A stretch of 51,402 nucleotides of DNA, from positions 1 through 51,402 of the forward strand of contig JAHBMJ010000280.1 in assembly GCA_018398765.1 (NCBI GenBank), read 5' to 3'. Below the pieces are notes generated by a model, which was given only the letters and a program-made list of their open reading frames with translations, was not told the origin of the DNA and searched no databases. Below, piece by piece: positions 11,901 through 24,787 of the stretch (position 1 is its first letter; each line of letters opens with the position of its first letter). The position numbers were made by a program, and so were the translations under genes. The stretch is from Chromera velia (Eukaryota).

Positions 11901-14231
11901 CTTCCACTCTCGAGCAGCTGTTTGAGTCGGTAGTCCACACTGCCTTCGGGGCACCCCCCCCCGCAGACATGGGAGTGTCGGCCGATGAGACTGCCTCAGT
12001 TGAGACCAAAGCGCTCCTCTTGACTGCTGCCGGTATTCGGGGTCTCGCACGGAGTTTCGGTCTCTTCGAAGCAATCCGCAAAGCACTCACACGAAACCGT
12101 CTCGAGTCATTAGTTGCTCGAGCAAAGGAAGACCTAGCTGCATCCCCACCAACACAAGTCCAGCAGCAAGCAGGGGGGAGCGCACTTCCCCCTCGATTGC
12201 GCTCGATCGCTGCGGTTGCCAGTGTTGTGACTGACGTGCTTGTAGGGGGAGATATGGAGAGTGAGGGGAATGCGGTCGAGGTTTGGTCGGAGTTGGCGAT
12301 TTCGTTGATGGAGATTGTGCACTCCAGTGCCGAGGGGTTTGAGAAGGTGGAAGAGTGTGGTAACGCTACCGCAACAGTTGTTCAGTGGGGAGGGGGATTG
12401 TTCGTGCTTGCACCTCTCCTCGCATCCGCACAAAATCTTCCTGTGCGCAAAGAAGGAGAAGAGGAAATGGAGGTCACAAAGCTAGCAGCCGGTCTTTTTG
12501 GAATTGCACGAAAGCTTGTTCGTCTCTCCGGCCTTCGTCAGTCGTCCCCTTCCTTAGCGTCCCTCCACAGATCTGCACAATCATGCGCATCCTCTCTGTT
12601 GCGTCTGTTGCCGGACGATTTCCGTTTGGAATCTCTCCGTCAGTTCCAGGCAGAACTCGACTCAGTAGACGACGAGAGCATCCCCGCCACCTCAGCAGAC
12701 GCAGCAGAGTCTACTCGAAGTTTGATAGAGAACGTGGGGCTGGCAGCACAGGCAGTGCTGGTGAGAGACCCATTCGGGTCCGGGCCTGAGCTTCTCTCCT
12801 CCCTTCTCGAAAAGTTTGAGAAGGGAAGTCTGACCAAGAGGAGACAAATTGCAGAGATCTTTTCCGTTGTTTTCGCCCCCCCCCGTCTCGCCTCTCGAGT
12901 TGGTATCGTCGGCAGGGTGGAGGAAGAAGCCTCATCCGGTGGTGCAAGTGAGGGGAGCTCTCTGAGGAGTTCCTCTGCAGGGGGAGGGGATGGAGACGAG
13001 GTGCGACTTCCCCCATTTGTTGCGCAACGCGCTTGCCATATGGCGTGGGCAAAGCTGGAGTCCCAAGTGCGAAAGGGGGATGTGGAGGCGTGTGCGTGTT
13101 TGGCAGCTGTGGTGGGGGCTCTGCCCGCAAAGGTATGTGAACCTTCTTTTTCACTCCCGTCTCCCAGGTGTTTTTTTTAAGTTGATGGACGGTTGTCTGG
13201 ATGCAGGAATGGGCAGACTGTACTTCTTCTCTTTCTCGGCCCTTCAACCTTGTTCCCCCCCAATAATTCGGTCCACTCCCTCCGTGTTGCCGTGTGTCAG
13301 CCTTCCAGACTTGCAAACCTCTTTCTGTTTTGTTTTCCCTCTTGATCTGCAGATGGCCTTGTCTGAGTTTGCCGCTGTATCTGTTGACACGATGGTCGCA
13401 ACCCTGAAGGGCTGCGCGAGGGCAGTGGAGACGACTCGCTCTTCCACATCCTCCTCGCCTTCTGGGAATGAGCAGCGGAAGGAGGGACTTGACCGTCTCT
13501 CTTGCGGGTCTGCTCTGCGTGCGTTGGCTCTCTCCTGTCGCGCCTTTGAGCTTTTGAACTGTGAGCCCGGCTCTCTTGACACTCTGGTCCTCGAGAGGTT
13601 GGACAGCGACATGACCTCGTTGGTCTCCTCTCTCTGTGGACTCGCCGAGAAGGCTGCCGTCCCTGCAGTCCGCCTTCTGGCGCTCCAGACCCTCCTGGAA
13701 GTCTCCAAGAGGCCCTTCCAGAACCTGTACTCACACCAAAGAGGAGTCAGTCAGTCAGTCAGTCAGTCAGTCAACAAGCAGGCAGGCAGGCAGGATTGCG
13801 AGTATGGCCATGAGCGTATGGATGGATGGAACCTTCTGGTGCGTGTGCGGATAAAAGAAATTTTCTGTTGCTGTTCGATTAGAAATTCCGGGCTGATGGC
13901 TGAAGGTTTTGCCATTGTATCCATGCATTGCTTCTCTTACGACTGAGGAGAGATGAAGGTGGTCCATGTCGAGTTGCAGTGCAGGTAATTTTTGGTGAGT
14001 GGACTTTCTCTTCTCAAGCGAGGGGAGATGTGCAGTTATCCCGAGTGGCTTAGCATGATCCATTCCGCCTCCTCAGGCTTCCTAATTGATGGGGGTTCTT
14101 CAATGTGCTTCCTTCCTTGTGTGTTCCTGCAGGTCATGCGTTCCCTCGCTCGGTGTGTCGACGACAAGAAGCAAACAGTGCGTCGTCTTGCTGCGATCTG
14201 TCGGGGTGCATGGGGATGCCTGGAAGCGTAG
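8916..14231 (+). CDS. MMS19: MMS19/MET18 cytosolic Fe-S assembly (CIA) targeting component, ~1269 aa
   Basis: N-terminal motifs EKDPRNLL and YFPIQF; C-terminal VDDKKQTVRRLAAICRGAW. Exons 8916-9657, 9942-10100, 10543-10714, 10888-13132, 13353-13745, 14133-14231 splice GT-AG in phase. Confidence 0.85.
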
Positions 14232-14764
14232 TAGTTCCCTGAAGCAGTCTCTCTATCTACACATGCTTGCATTGACTGGTCCTCCGAAGTTGCATAACCC
14301 TGCTAGCCTCATCCTTTCCGGTTCGTGGCCAAGCAGATTCGCACCTGCATTTGCACATGCGTGCATCTTTTCAACTAGCTTTTCAACGATGATTTTTCTT
14401 AACTGCTTCAATGCCCTACGTGACATCAAGTTTTATTCCCTTGAGGTGAAAAACAGACTTAACAGCCCTAATTAAGTCATTAACAAATTTAAAATTCTAA
14501 AAATGTTATAGGTGACCGCCCGGCCGGCGTCTCACTGTCGAGTCACCGATGGCTGGCCCACAACAAAAAAATGTTTTCGATCATTTATAAACTAACATTT
14601 AAATCTAATTCATTTTATAATTTTTATTGGATGTTAATTTATAGTTTTAAAAAATCAATTTCTCTAGGGAATCCTGGAGGGAATCATCCGTAAAGATTTC
14701 CATGCATTCGTGTATGTGTATATATATGGTATGATATAGCATAACACTGAAGTATCAAACACAA

Positions 14765-17650
14765 CTAGCCATAAAATTTCAATGACAAAAAAATTAAATG
14801 GATGCATGTCCACATGTTTAACAGTAAATTGACGCAGCTTTTATGATCGAGTCTAGTGAGACTCGCTGGGAGGGTCGTAATCAATGACTTCCGGAAAAGC
14901 TTTCTGCAACTGCATCGCTCTTTCGCTCTCTTCCAGTCCGCGCGCGCGTTACCGGAGAGAAAGACCTTCGAGAGGAAGGGCATTCTTCTTGAGCCAAATA
15001 TGTCGGCCAGTATTTCAGGTGTACCAGTGGAGAGGATGTTATCCTGAAGATGTAGATGCCGCAAGGGGGGGGGGGCGACGATTCATCCACCCATCTCTCA
15101 ACTCACCCAAACCTGCGTCATTCAGAGCACATTCGATCAGTCTCAGCACCCTCAAGGAGGGAAGCTTGTCACCGTCTAGGGCAGACGAGAGCGCGGCGGC
15201 CTCTGACTCAAAGCTGACACGAACGAACGTCAGCTCGCGAAGGGAAGACAGCTTGCCACTGCTAAGCCCCGTGCAAAGAGAAAAGACCGCTACGTTTGAC
15301 TCCTCAATCAATCTGACCTCCAAGACCTGCAATCGGGACAGGTGCTCGGAGGCCAGACAAACGGAAAACGTGGCAACCAGTGCCGACTCAAAAGTATCGC
15401 CATACACATCTGAGAAGTGGACCCACATTTGCCGTAATGAGGCGGCGTGGGGGGAGTTGAGGTTAGTGACAAGAGTTTGGAATGATCTCAAATCTTCCTT
15501 TGTATCTACACACAGATTCATCTCACTCAGAGAGGGCACTTGGCCTGCAGCAATCAGGGAGGAAAGGGACGCAGCATTTTTTTCGTCCATCCATTTTACG
15601 AAACGCGTTTGAAGCTTTACAATTAAGGGATGGGAGACAACCCTCGCTCGCTACCACGCATAATGATTCCTTCTAAAAGTGCTCGCTCGGGTCTCTGGAT
15701 CTGTCAGACGAAGAGACACTTCCTCAAGGGTAGCCATGCAGGCTCCCGGATCTGTCAGCGCCCTTCCGAACGCTTCTGCGGTTGTCTGGTTGAAAATCCC
15801 TACCTCTGCTGAGACCTTCTGCAGATACGAAACCCGGCCGGAGCGGAGGGTCTCAGCGCAACACGTCAAAGCGGTATGGCGTTGGAGACTGCCGTGCGCT
15901 TGCAAATGCAGCTGAAGCCTCATCAAAGGAGGGGGGGATCTGCCCATACACAGACCCTCGCACAGAGCGACAAGCATTTGATTGGCAGGCCACCCCAATC
16001 TCACACGGCGCAGAGAGGGTGCTTTACCCGTGCTCAGCACCTCACCTAGCTCTGCCCCCCCCTTCCCCCCCTGACACCAGTCACAGAGATCAAGGTCCTC
16101 GAGCAAGGGCGTATTCCCCCCCCCCAACGCCTCAGCCAATTCCAAAATCCCCCCCCCAAACTCTCATCATCGTCGGGACAACACCATCGCAACTGGAGCT
16201 TTCGGAGATATGCCGCCCCCCCCCGACCCTAGAGCCCTAGCTCGACAACGAGGACACTGACGCAGATCGAAGCCGACGGGGCGATGCACTCTCATCAATC
16301 TGAAAATTGAGGATGAGGGCTTCCATTCTGGGCACCCGCCCTTCCCGCAGGGCCCTACCGAGAGTTTGCACCGCAGCATCGTAATTCTCTTGCTGACAAA
16401 ACCTGTTGTTGGGTCCTATTTCAACTCTGCTCAACAGCGGCGTTTTGCCGTCTGCCACTGCTTCAAAAAGAGATCGGGCAGCATTACCCGAAAACTCCGA
16501 ACAAGAACACAGGCTCAATACGGTGACGCCAGACAGGCGGCCGGAATGCACGGTGTTGGCAAGGGCTTGCATCCCCTCCCCCCCCCCACCCCTTTGGGAC
16601 CCAGACAGGCAAAGATCTTCAAGGAACGGAACGCCCCCCCCATCGACCGCGTTCATCAGAGCGGCAAGTTCTCCCGACTTTATTTTGGTGTTCGCAAGGT
16701 TGAGGATGCGGAGTTTCAGCAAACGTCCCGCGGCTGCTATGGCTGGAGCGGACACACGTCGATCTGACGCCCCCTCAACTCCGATCGGCTCGTCAAACAA
16801 TTTGTTTTCGCTTAGATCCAACTGCTCCAACTCTCCCAGTTGGTCTGTGGAGAGAACCATAGACAGGGGACCGTAGTCCCTGTCATTCTCTTCATCAGCT
16901 TCTTTTGTGTGGGTAAGAGAGTTATTCTTCAGAAGAAGAACCTTCAGAAAAGGGACTGCACCCGCGGTACAAAGTGCAGCAGCCAAATGCTTGAAACACC
17001 CAGCAAAAATTTCATTCTCGTTCAAATCGAGTGTTTGCAGAGAGGTCACTCTCTTCTCTTTCAAAACTTCAGCAAGGGCCTCCACGCCCTTTTCCTTCGC
17101 CCCTGTGCGAGCGAGGCCGAGGCACTGGAGGGGCGCAGAGAGACCCCTCACCAGCGCCCGCACCCCGAACGGGCCGAGCGGGTTGTCGCTCAGATCCAGG
17201 GACAGAAGGGCGGGGAGCCAACGAGCAGCGAGGGTGGAGCTGAGGGTCTCCATGGACGGGCTGCGGAATCCATTTTCTGCAACGAACAAATAGCATCGGA
17301 GCACAGACTCAGTTGCTCCCTATTCGGGAGATGCAAGTATCGCGTGAAAGCAATGCGTGGTCAAAAAGACACGTGGGTCGGCAGCGATGGGAAAGGTTGA
17401 ATCATGCTAAGGGACCAGCTTGCACGAGGCAGAGGAATCAGACAATCACCAAGAGTTCAAATCCGAAAAGTCGAAATTGAGGAGCGACAGCAGCGAAGTA
17501 TAGGATAGCAGAGGACAGCGAAAGAAAGAAAACAAGCACACAAGCAAGCATGCAAGCAAGAAAACGAAAAAAGAAGGACGAAGGAAAAAAGGGAAGGGAG
17601 GAATAAATGAAAGACGCTCTCACACACACATGCACACACACTCAAAAACG

Positions 17651-17681
<31 letters not shown>

Positions 17682-17707
17682 TCTCTCTGTCTCACACACA
17701 CGCGCGC

Positions 17708-17738
<31 letters not shown>

Positions 17739-18060
17739 ACCAGCCAGGCAAAGAGGAAGAGAACAGCACAGCAAGACTGCGAGAACGCAAGAGAGTGAGC
17801 AAGCAAAACAGCAAGAAAGCGGGAAAGAAAGGTCCAAAAGAAGACAAAGAAGGATACTGCTTCCGACTCTTATGGAAGTTTATGAGACGAAACCCGTGAA
17901 AAGGTACAAATCGAAGTCAGACAATCAGTATCTCTTCATGCAAACAAAAGAAAGAAAGGCTCATTCATTGACCCTTCAGCTCCAGTGTCTCCAGAGACGG
18001 GGGGAGTGAGGAAAGAAGTGACGAGAACAACAGTGGGATGTCATCGAGGTCGCATTCTGC
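14765..18060 (-). pseudogene. RNI-like leucine-rich repeat gene with multiple frameshifts
   Basis: LRR motifs (LLSLDLSDNPLG, LQTLDLNENEI, LEQLDLSENKL, LEDLDLCD, LRHLHLQDN) are spread over several frames (16237-17304, 15651-16145, 15039-15590, 14765-15064); an upstream exon remnant near 17970-18055 reads SLETLELK. Confidence 0.75.
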
Positions 18061-18099
18061 ACGTATGCCAACAGGAAGACGAAGAGGTCACAGCCTGTC

Positions 18100-20512
18100 A
18101 GTCAGCTCATCAGCCAGTCAGAAGTAAACATGATGCATCTGTGGGACTGCAGGCGCACGGGAAGACAGCACCTTCGGGGATTCTCTCGTTCCCTCTCATC
18201 CAGTGGAATCGTTGTTTTGCCACCTTATTGGGTACAGCGGACACGTGAAGATGGACACACAACTGCGTCAGGCAGTCGCTTCTGCATACACACGTGTTGG
18301 GATTCAGTCCAGACCGCAAGAAGCACACAGCACATAGAGAATCACCGAGAGAAGACTGTGCGATAGACTGACTGGAAGCACTCAGCGTCTTCAAAGAGGC
18401 TGTACCGTCCTCTCGTCCCTCTCTACCCCCCCCTCCCGTTTTCAGACGGTGGAAGAAGTTCGTCAGGACGGGCAGAGAAGAGGCCGTGAAGACACCCGGA
18501 CCTGCACGGATGCAGGCAGAAAGACACAGAGAGGGAGAGAGGGATGGCGAATTTGAGGATCTGTCTGTATCTCTATCTCTCTGCCTGTGGAGATTCGGAA
18601 ATTGAGTCATCCTCCGAAATCAAGTTCCATTTCTTGGATGGACACCCATCGATGCCATAACGATAGCAGGACCGGCAGGAAGGTAGGCAGGCAGACAAGT
18701 AGGCTTTGCTGTCCTTCTCGTCGTGATTTCATGGCAGCTCTTCCCAGATATCCGCTAGCCAAAGCTGAGCCAGAGAAATAAAGGAAAAGCGGAGAGAGCA
18801 GAGTGGCAGATTGGGGGCGGAAGGAAGGAGGACGCATGAAGGAAAACGGGGTTGAAGACTGCACCGACCGAAACGCTCTCTCCTGTCCGTCTTTTTTTTT
18901 TTCGATATGCACTTGGCAAAGAATACCGACAGAGAAAGAAAGAACTTCTCCGCACTGTCTCCAGTCCTCTCCTCTGCTGACCACACTTGAGTGACTCCAG
19001 GGAAGAGTTCCCCACCGGAAGGGAACAGAGAGAAGAATTTTCAGCTGCCGAGCACCCAGAGAGAATTCTGCATCAACCCAACAACATGCAGGACACACCG
19101 ATCCATCAGAAGAAATCGTAGTGAGTGCATTCACTGAACGCACAGTTACAGACTGTTTCCGAGTTCTACCCCCTTTCTGAAACGAAGTTGTGAAACCACG
19201 ACGGAGCCAGAGAGCGCCTCCCTCCGACGGAAAAAGTGGGCCTGGGCCTCATTTCAAATATCCCCTTCGTGTTTCTTCCTCGCTGCATTTCTCCCTCTGG
19301 CGATCGACAAAAGAAAGGAAGTTAACAACGGAGCCCCATATATACAGGGGAAAAAAAGAGGAATGAGAAGCTACCTGAGAGATCCAGACTTCCAAGAGGC
19401 AAACCGAAGCCTCTCTGCAAACAGACACGATTAACGCAACCGTGGATAGAAAGAGAGCGCAGAAAACAATGCGGTCAACGCTCTTCAATTCTAGTCTTCA
19501 ATTCCTAGTGCCTACAGTCATCGTGAGAGGTATGTGCAGACTGTCAGTTCTTGCATGAGCTTTTCTCACTTTCACCAAAAAACCAGAAGGCAGAATACCA
19601 GCTACTGGACAGAAAAGGAAAACAAAAAGTTGGGCAGAAACAGAACGCAAACGTTCAAAGATGAGACAACAGAACAGAGAGACAAACGTTTCATCTGTCT
19701 CTTTTTCGGATCAAATGATGGACAGCAAAAAAGCGCACGATGAACAAGATACAAAGACCGCAAGACAGATTTCTATAGCAACCAAGACCACCAAAAACTT
19801 CCGTTCTGCCCGACCGTTCTCATGAACTGCAGCAGGACGAATCCCAGACCGAAGCCTTCTCTGTGCGAGACGAGGGTGGAGATCTCCTGCAGGACGCAGA
19901 TGGATTTTTTTAAAGACGGGGGAAGGGGAGGGGGGGGGGGAGAAGAGAGAGAGAAAGGAGCAAAAAGGACTAAAGTCCCAATTTCTTCATGGAAACGTCG
20001 GCAGATTCTCTAGAGACTGAAAATGAGGAGAGGGTATCTTGATGTCTTGAGCGTTGACGAAAGAAAGAGGCGGAGATTGGAAATCGCGTACGGATTACTT
20101 AAACTTTCGGGATACAGAAGATTATTTCCGTTTGAATTACTCAAGGAAGACTATGGATAAACGGGAAGAGAGGGAACTGACCAGCCCAAGACTTCTAAAT
20201 AAATTCACCACTTCTGGAACCACAGAAGGATCTACTTAGACGCGCAAAGCAGCAGGGACAAACGCGCACCTGTGAAGTCTGAGGATAGTCACCAAAAGCA
20301 GCCGATAACAGATCATCCGCGGTCTGTACCGACTCCGTTCCTGATCTGTCAACCTTCCCGTCTCCTTCTGCAAAGAGAACACAAAGTGCCATCGTCAGCT
20401 TTGACTTCAACGTGAAGAGGGAAGGGACAAAGACGGCATTCTGCATGGTGGCAGCAGACCGGGAGAGGATCTCTCGAATTTTGTGAGTGGCTGAGACATC
20501 TGCCCTGTTCAC
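18100..20512 (-). pseudogene. Probable degraded upstream exons of the LRR gene
   Basis: Coding-like minus-strand segments (18350-18500, 19249-19488, 20195-20512) separated by intron-like pyrimidine tracts; no continuous frame could be assembled. Confidence 0.35.
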
Positions 20513-21169
20513 TACGAATTAAACGAAATGGATACTCAAATCGGTGGTCCTACTTAATTGATGGCCTACTTCAGTCTGACAAGGGAGCATTCGATTTCTG
20601 CAATGACCTCATACACGTGCGTAGGCAGGTTTGTATTCACGCAAGAAAGTCAGATGGCTGATCGAGATCGGAGGTGATGGTAGTGTCGGAAAAAACCCTG
20701 ATTGGGCCTGCATGGGTTCAATGGGTTGTCTGTGGGTGTGACATGGTGTGACTCGTCGGATCAAAAACCGATTCAATGGGAGGGTTAGAAGCCCAAATTG
20801 CTGCCCATGCAATGCCCCTGTTCGTCAAGCCGATCTCCCGCGCGGCCGTCTCGTCGGCCGTAGCCGGCTACGTTGGTCTCTTTCATGTCTCTTTCGATCG
20901 CGTATCATTTGCAACTCCCGATTATAAATTGCCTGTTTTGCAATATCCTACACTGGCCTTGCTTGCATTTCCGATCGACTCAATCATCCAAACAAAACGG
21001 CCAACGTGGAGTATGACAGCTCGACATCAAGAGATTAGACACTGAAGAAGTTACTTCCCTGGAGAGTCGCTTGACACATCATTGTGTATTGTTGAAAAGT
21101 CTCCTCCCAACTGGGCGTCTCTGCGTCAGAAGAGGAGTTACCGTCTCCCTTTTGTCCGAAGGGAAAATA

Positions 21170-23281
21170 ATGCGACGGCTCCTTCCCACAACTCTCCTCT
21201 TAGCCTTCCCTGGTGTCGGACGCACCTTTTACCGATCTGTCCATGAGGCTGGGGTGGGCTTCGACTGCTCTGAAGAAAACAATACATGTGAGGAAGTCAC
21301 TGTCCCGCCATGGGAACAAAGTGGCAGCGCATGGTTGCAGCAACACCTCGAGTACAGCACTCGCGTCTATGCACAGCAAGTCGTGACCAGGACGCAAGAG
21401 CTCCGGCGTCGCTATGGGGGAGAGATGGAAAGTGGGGGGGGGTTGAAATTTGGGGACGCTCAGCTTTGGGATCTGTTCCCTCCTGCCTTCAATTGTCCCT
21501 TCAGGGACAGGATCGGTCAGAGCTCCATGCAAGGAGGGGGGGATGTGTGCAATTGGCAAGCAGTAGCCCCACAGGGGGGGGGAGAAGATCAATGTGAGGT
21601 TTTTAGCTTTACATGGGGGGGCACTGACATGGGTTTCGAAAATGAATTCCCCGCGGTTACGGGATGTCACGTCACAGTTTTTGACCCCACAGCCGAGTCC
21701 CTACCGGGCGGGGCTTTCCAAGAAAATCCGTGCGGTGCGTTTCATGGAGGGTCTGTTGATTTTGTGCGTTTGGGACTTGGGGATGAAAACGGTGTGGGGG
21801 CCAACGGCACCTTCCACGTTCGAACGCTGTCCAATCTAATGGACGCGCTCGGTGTCCGTCGACTTGCGTTTCTGAAACTTGACGTGAAGGGGGCTGAGTG
21901 GAAAGCAGTCGAGGAGATGAGAACAAGCGGGGCTCTCTCCCGTGTAGACCAACTGAGTGTCGTCCTGCATTGTCCCCCCATCTCCCATCAAATGTCGACA
22001 GAGAGCGAGAGCATTTCCCTTCTGAGCTCTGTGCTCCGTCTGTTCCAAACTCTCGAAAGTGAGGGATTGTTCCCCTTCGCAAGGGAGTTCCGAGACACCG
22101 TTTCTCCCCCCCTCCCCATCATCCAGTATTCCTTTGTGCGGACCCCTTCCATGTATCTCTCCCATGTGCCCTACCGATATGCGCACAAGAGATGCACTGG
22201 ACGTTCCTGGGTGGGAGAAGGGGGCGGAGAGCAAAGGGGGGGGAGAATTGAGAGGCTCCGCGTGCTGCGCGCCTCTCTCGAGAGAGTCGTCTTAGAGTCT
22301 TGTGTCCAAAAGAGTGTAGAAATGCAAGGCAGCAACAGCAGCAGCAGTCTGCTTCGCTCATTTGCAGGGGGGAGGAAGGCGATTGCAGTGTTGCAACGAG
22401 GGAGTTTGAGTGGTCAGGGTGACCAGGTGTTTCTGAACCTTGTGTACCGCACCGTCAGCTTGTTGGAACGGGAATGGTCACTTGGCTACGAGCACATTAT
22501 ATTGCACGAGGGGGACATTTTGGAGGATGCTCAAGAACGAATCAGAAGTGCAGTTGGCGCACAGTTGGCGTCAGATGTGCGGAAGAGAGGGGCTGCCCTG
22601 CGTCTCCAATTTTGTGATGTGTCCGACGTATGGAGAGGTCGAAATTCTCAGCTGTCAGAAGAGACGGAAGAAAAATTAGCAAAGGCAGCACGTCTTGGCT
22701 GTGCGCCTACCGAGCTGAGCCGAAAGTTTCCGGTAGGATACAAAGGAATGTGTGCGTTTTGGTTTGCAGACTTTGCGCGATCGAGTTGTTTGTCCCGTTT
22801 CGAGTTTGTTTGGAGAATCGACGACGACATCCTCCTGACGGGCCCGGCGAATGTGGATGACCCCGCTGTGGTGCACTTGCGGGGTGAGTCTGTGCCGGGT
22901 CCGTTGACTCTGTTGGGTGGGGCCGAGCTAGGACCGTATGATGAGGAAGGGGTGATGAGGGGAATGTCATCTCTGTTTTCGTCCTTTGCAGAACAAGACC
23001 AACATAGGAGATTGCAGTGGCATCCACCACAGGGGGGATTCTGGAACTCCCTCCGATCGAACGTGATGCTTTTCAATATGAGCTGGGTCCGTTCTTATGA
23101 AGTACAAAAACTGGTTGTAGCAGTCGACGACAGTGACTGCATATGGACGAATCGGTGGGGGGATGAACCTCTGTGGGGGGCGGTACAACGCATTCTGGGT
23201 CTTGATACCAGAAGCCTCTTGGTTTCTGTGCCCCATTTTCATTGCCGGTGGAAAGGCTGTGTCTTCCATCACTTAAAGTAA
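21170..23281 (+). CDS. Secretory-pathway fusion: Methyltransf_22/FkbM-like methyltransferase plus GT15 (KRE2/KTR)-like glycosyltransferase
   Basis: Intronless ORF, first ATG 21170 (MRRLLPTTLLLAFPG, signal-like). WDLFPPAFNCP..RIG, FDPT, RTLSNLMDALG, LKLDVKGAEW fit the methyltransferase; GYKGMCAFW, VWRIDDD and RWGDEPLWG fit GT15. Confidence 0.7.
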   Translation: MRRLLPTTLLLAFPGVGRTFYRSVHEAGVGFDCSEENNTCEEVTVPPWEQSGSAWLQQHLEYSTRVYAQQVVTRTQELRRRYGGEMESGGGLKFGDAQLWDLFPPAFNCPFRDRIGQSSMQGGGDVCNWQAVAPQGGGEDQCEVFSFTWGGTDMGFENEFPAVTGCHVTVFDPTAESLPGGAFQENPCGAFHGGSVDFVRLGLGDENGVGANGTFHVRTLSNLMDALGVRRLAFLKLDVKGAEWKAVEEMRTSGALSRVDQLSVVLHCPPISHQMSTESESISLLSSVLRLFQTLESEGLFPFAREFRDTVSPPLPIIQYSFVRTPSMYLSHVPYRYAHKRCTGRSWVGEGGGEQRGGRIERLRVLRASLERVVLESCVQKSVEMQGSNSSSSLLRSFAGGRKAIAVLQRGSLSGQGDQVFLNLVYRTVSLLEREWSLGYEHIILHEGDILEDAQERIRSAVGAQLASDVRKRGAALRLQFCDVSDVWRGRNSQLSEETEEKLAKAARLGCAPTELSRKFPVGYKGMCAFWFADFARSSCLSRFEFVWRIDDDILLTGPANVDDPAVVHLRGESVPGPLTLLGGAELGPYDEEGVMRGMSSLFSSFAEQDQHRRLQWHPPQGGFWNSLRSNVMLFNMSWVRSYEVQKLVVAVDDSDCIWTNRWGDEPLWGAVQRILGLDTRSLLVSVPHFHCRWKGCVFHHLK

Positions 23282-24553
23282 TTCTTCAAAGTGGTTTTTG
23301 CTTCTGTATATGTAGACTGTCTAGACAGTGTAGTAAAACAATGTATAATTAACTAGATAATTAGATGGAAAATTGAATTCATTTCTATGAATTCATTTGA
23401 TAAGTGATAAGTGTCAGATTTATTGGTGCCCTATACATTTTGATATGATAGGATATCAGAAATTTCTAGATAAATTTAATTAAATTTAATCATTTATGTT
23501 CTGGGTTTGTCACGAGTAGTTAGAGGTCCAGTGCCGGCGGATGGCTTGCACCGTTTCGGTCTAGGTTTCGGTTTAATCAGTCGACACTGACTCGACAGTG
23601 ATAAACCTAAATAAGGAGCCTAGCAGGAAGCATCATACAGACCTATGCAGACTAATCCCACCGCGTCCCACCGGATAGTCAGAAATCATCTAGAAAATCA
23701 TCTGGGCCGTTATATATACCTAAATCTACCTTTCAATCTAACCTACTCTCCATACCCTGACTGCATCACAAAAGCCTGCGTGATTGTTAACTATGAGTCC
23801 ATAAACGCTTCAAGCATTCTGAATTAATGAAATAATTTGATAGACCAAATCAGTCGAGCAAAGAGCGAAGGGGAAAGGAAAGGACATAGAGCAGCAGCAA
23901 GAATTGAAAACGCATGCTATAAGTTGATCGAAGCCCAGGTTCAAGCCCTTTAAAGCGAGCCTTACAGCCATTGTTTCACAAAGCGTCTCAATGCAGTTCA
24001 TGAAAACATTAATCACGGCCAAGTGATTCCTGGCGGGCCAATGGGATCGGTCTGATCCTCCTTGTTATAAAGTGTTATGAATTAGCGTAAGTGCAGGCTG
24101 TTTTTAGTGCTTCAGGCAGGAGGTTCACCAATCCTGCCGCTCGTAATCTAAAACACAAAGATTAGACGGTCAAGTGTCTTCGCGCCCCTCTATTTGAGCG
24201 CAGTGGCGAAACAACAACATTTGGTCTGATAGTTAAAGACAATGATGTGACTTGTTTTGAAAATATTCTTCGAGTTGCAGACATCTCTGACTTTAAGAAG
24301 ATTTGGAGAAAGAAGATGACGATGTCAGCAGGCAACAAAGGCTTTATGGGGGGGTAGGCAGAGGTTCCTCTCAAAGTGGTTGAAGTGTTGGAAGAAGGCA
24401 ACGCGCATGTTTTATGACCGTTCAAACAAGTTCAATCATACATATAATACTATAAATTTAAACATAAAAATTTTAAGTAAAAAACGTACAAAATAATGTA
24501 AAATATACTAGGAAATAGTAGAAGAAATCACTAGAAAAATATAGACCTAGAGG

Positions 24554-24787
24554 GACCTCTCTGAACCTAACTACCACTTGAAAGTTGAAGCCGAATTTGT
24601 GGATAAGCTTGAAAGTCTGCGCCGCAGGCGCGGATCACTTACGGTGTCTTGAAAGCCAAAGCCGCATATCTGAATGGTGTCTTGACCGTGTATGCCGTAA
24701 GCATGGATGGTCTCTTAAAAAATAATGCTGCAAATAGAGATCATCTTGATTAGATTTTTTCAAGTAGCACTTAGGTTCAGGGAGGTT
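24554..24787. mobile_element. MITE family A, copy 1 (8-bp TSD)
   Basis: TIRs gacctctctgaacctaactaccacttgaaa / tttcaagtagcacttaggttcagggaggtt; flanks cctagagg (24546-24553) and cttagagg (24788-24795). Homologous full length to 29149-29393 in opposite orientation. Confidence 0.85.

Noticed and set aside
2117..14231. Fe-S/redox gene cluster (FrhB, thioredoxin-like, MMS19)
   Set aside because: Different predicted compartments and origins; adjacency is most simply chance.
23495..23610. Possible small inverted-repeat element sharing tcactgtcgagtca with 14532-14545
   Set aside because: The inverted match needs gaps and no TSD was seen; too weak to call.
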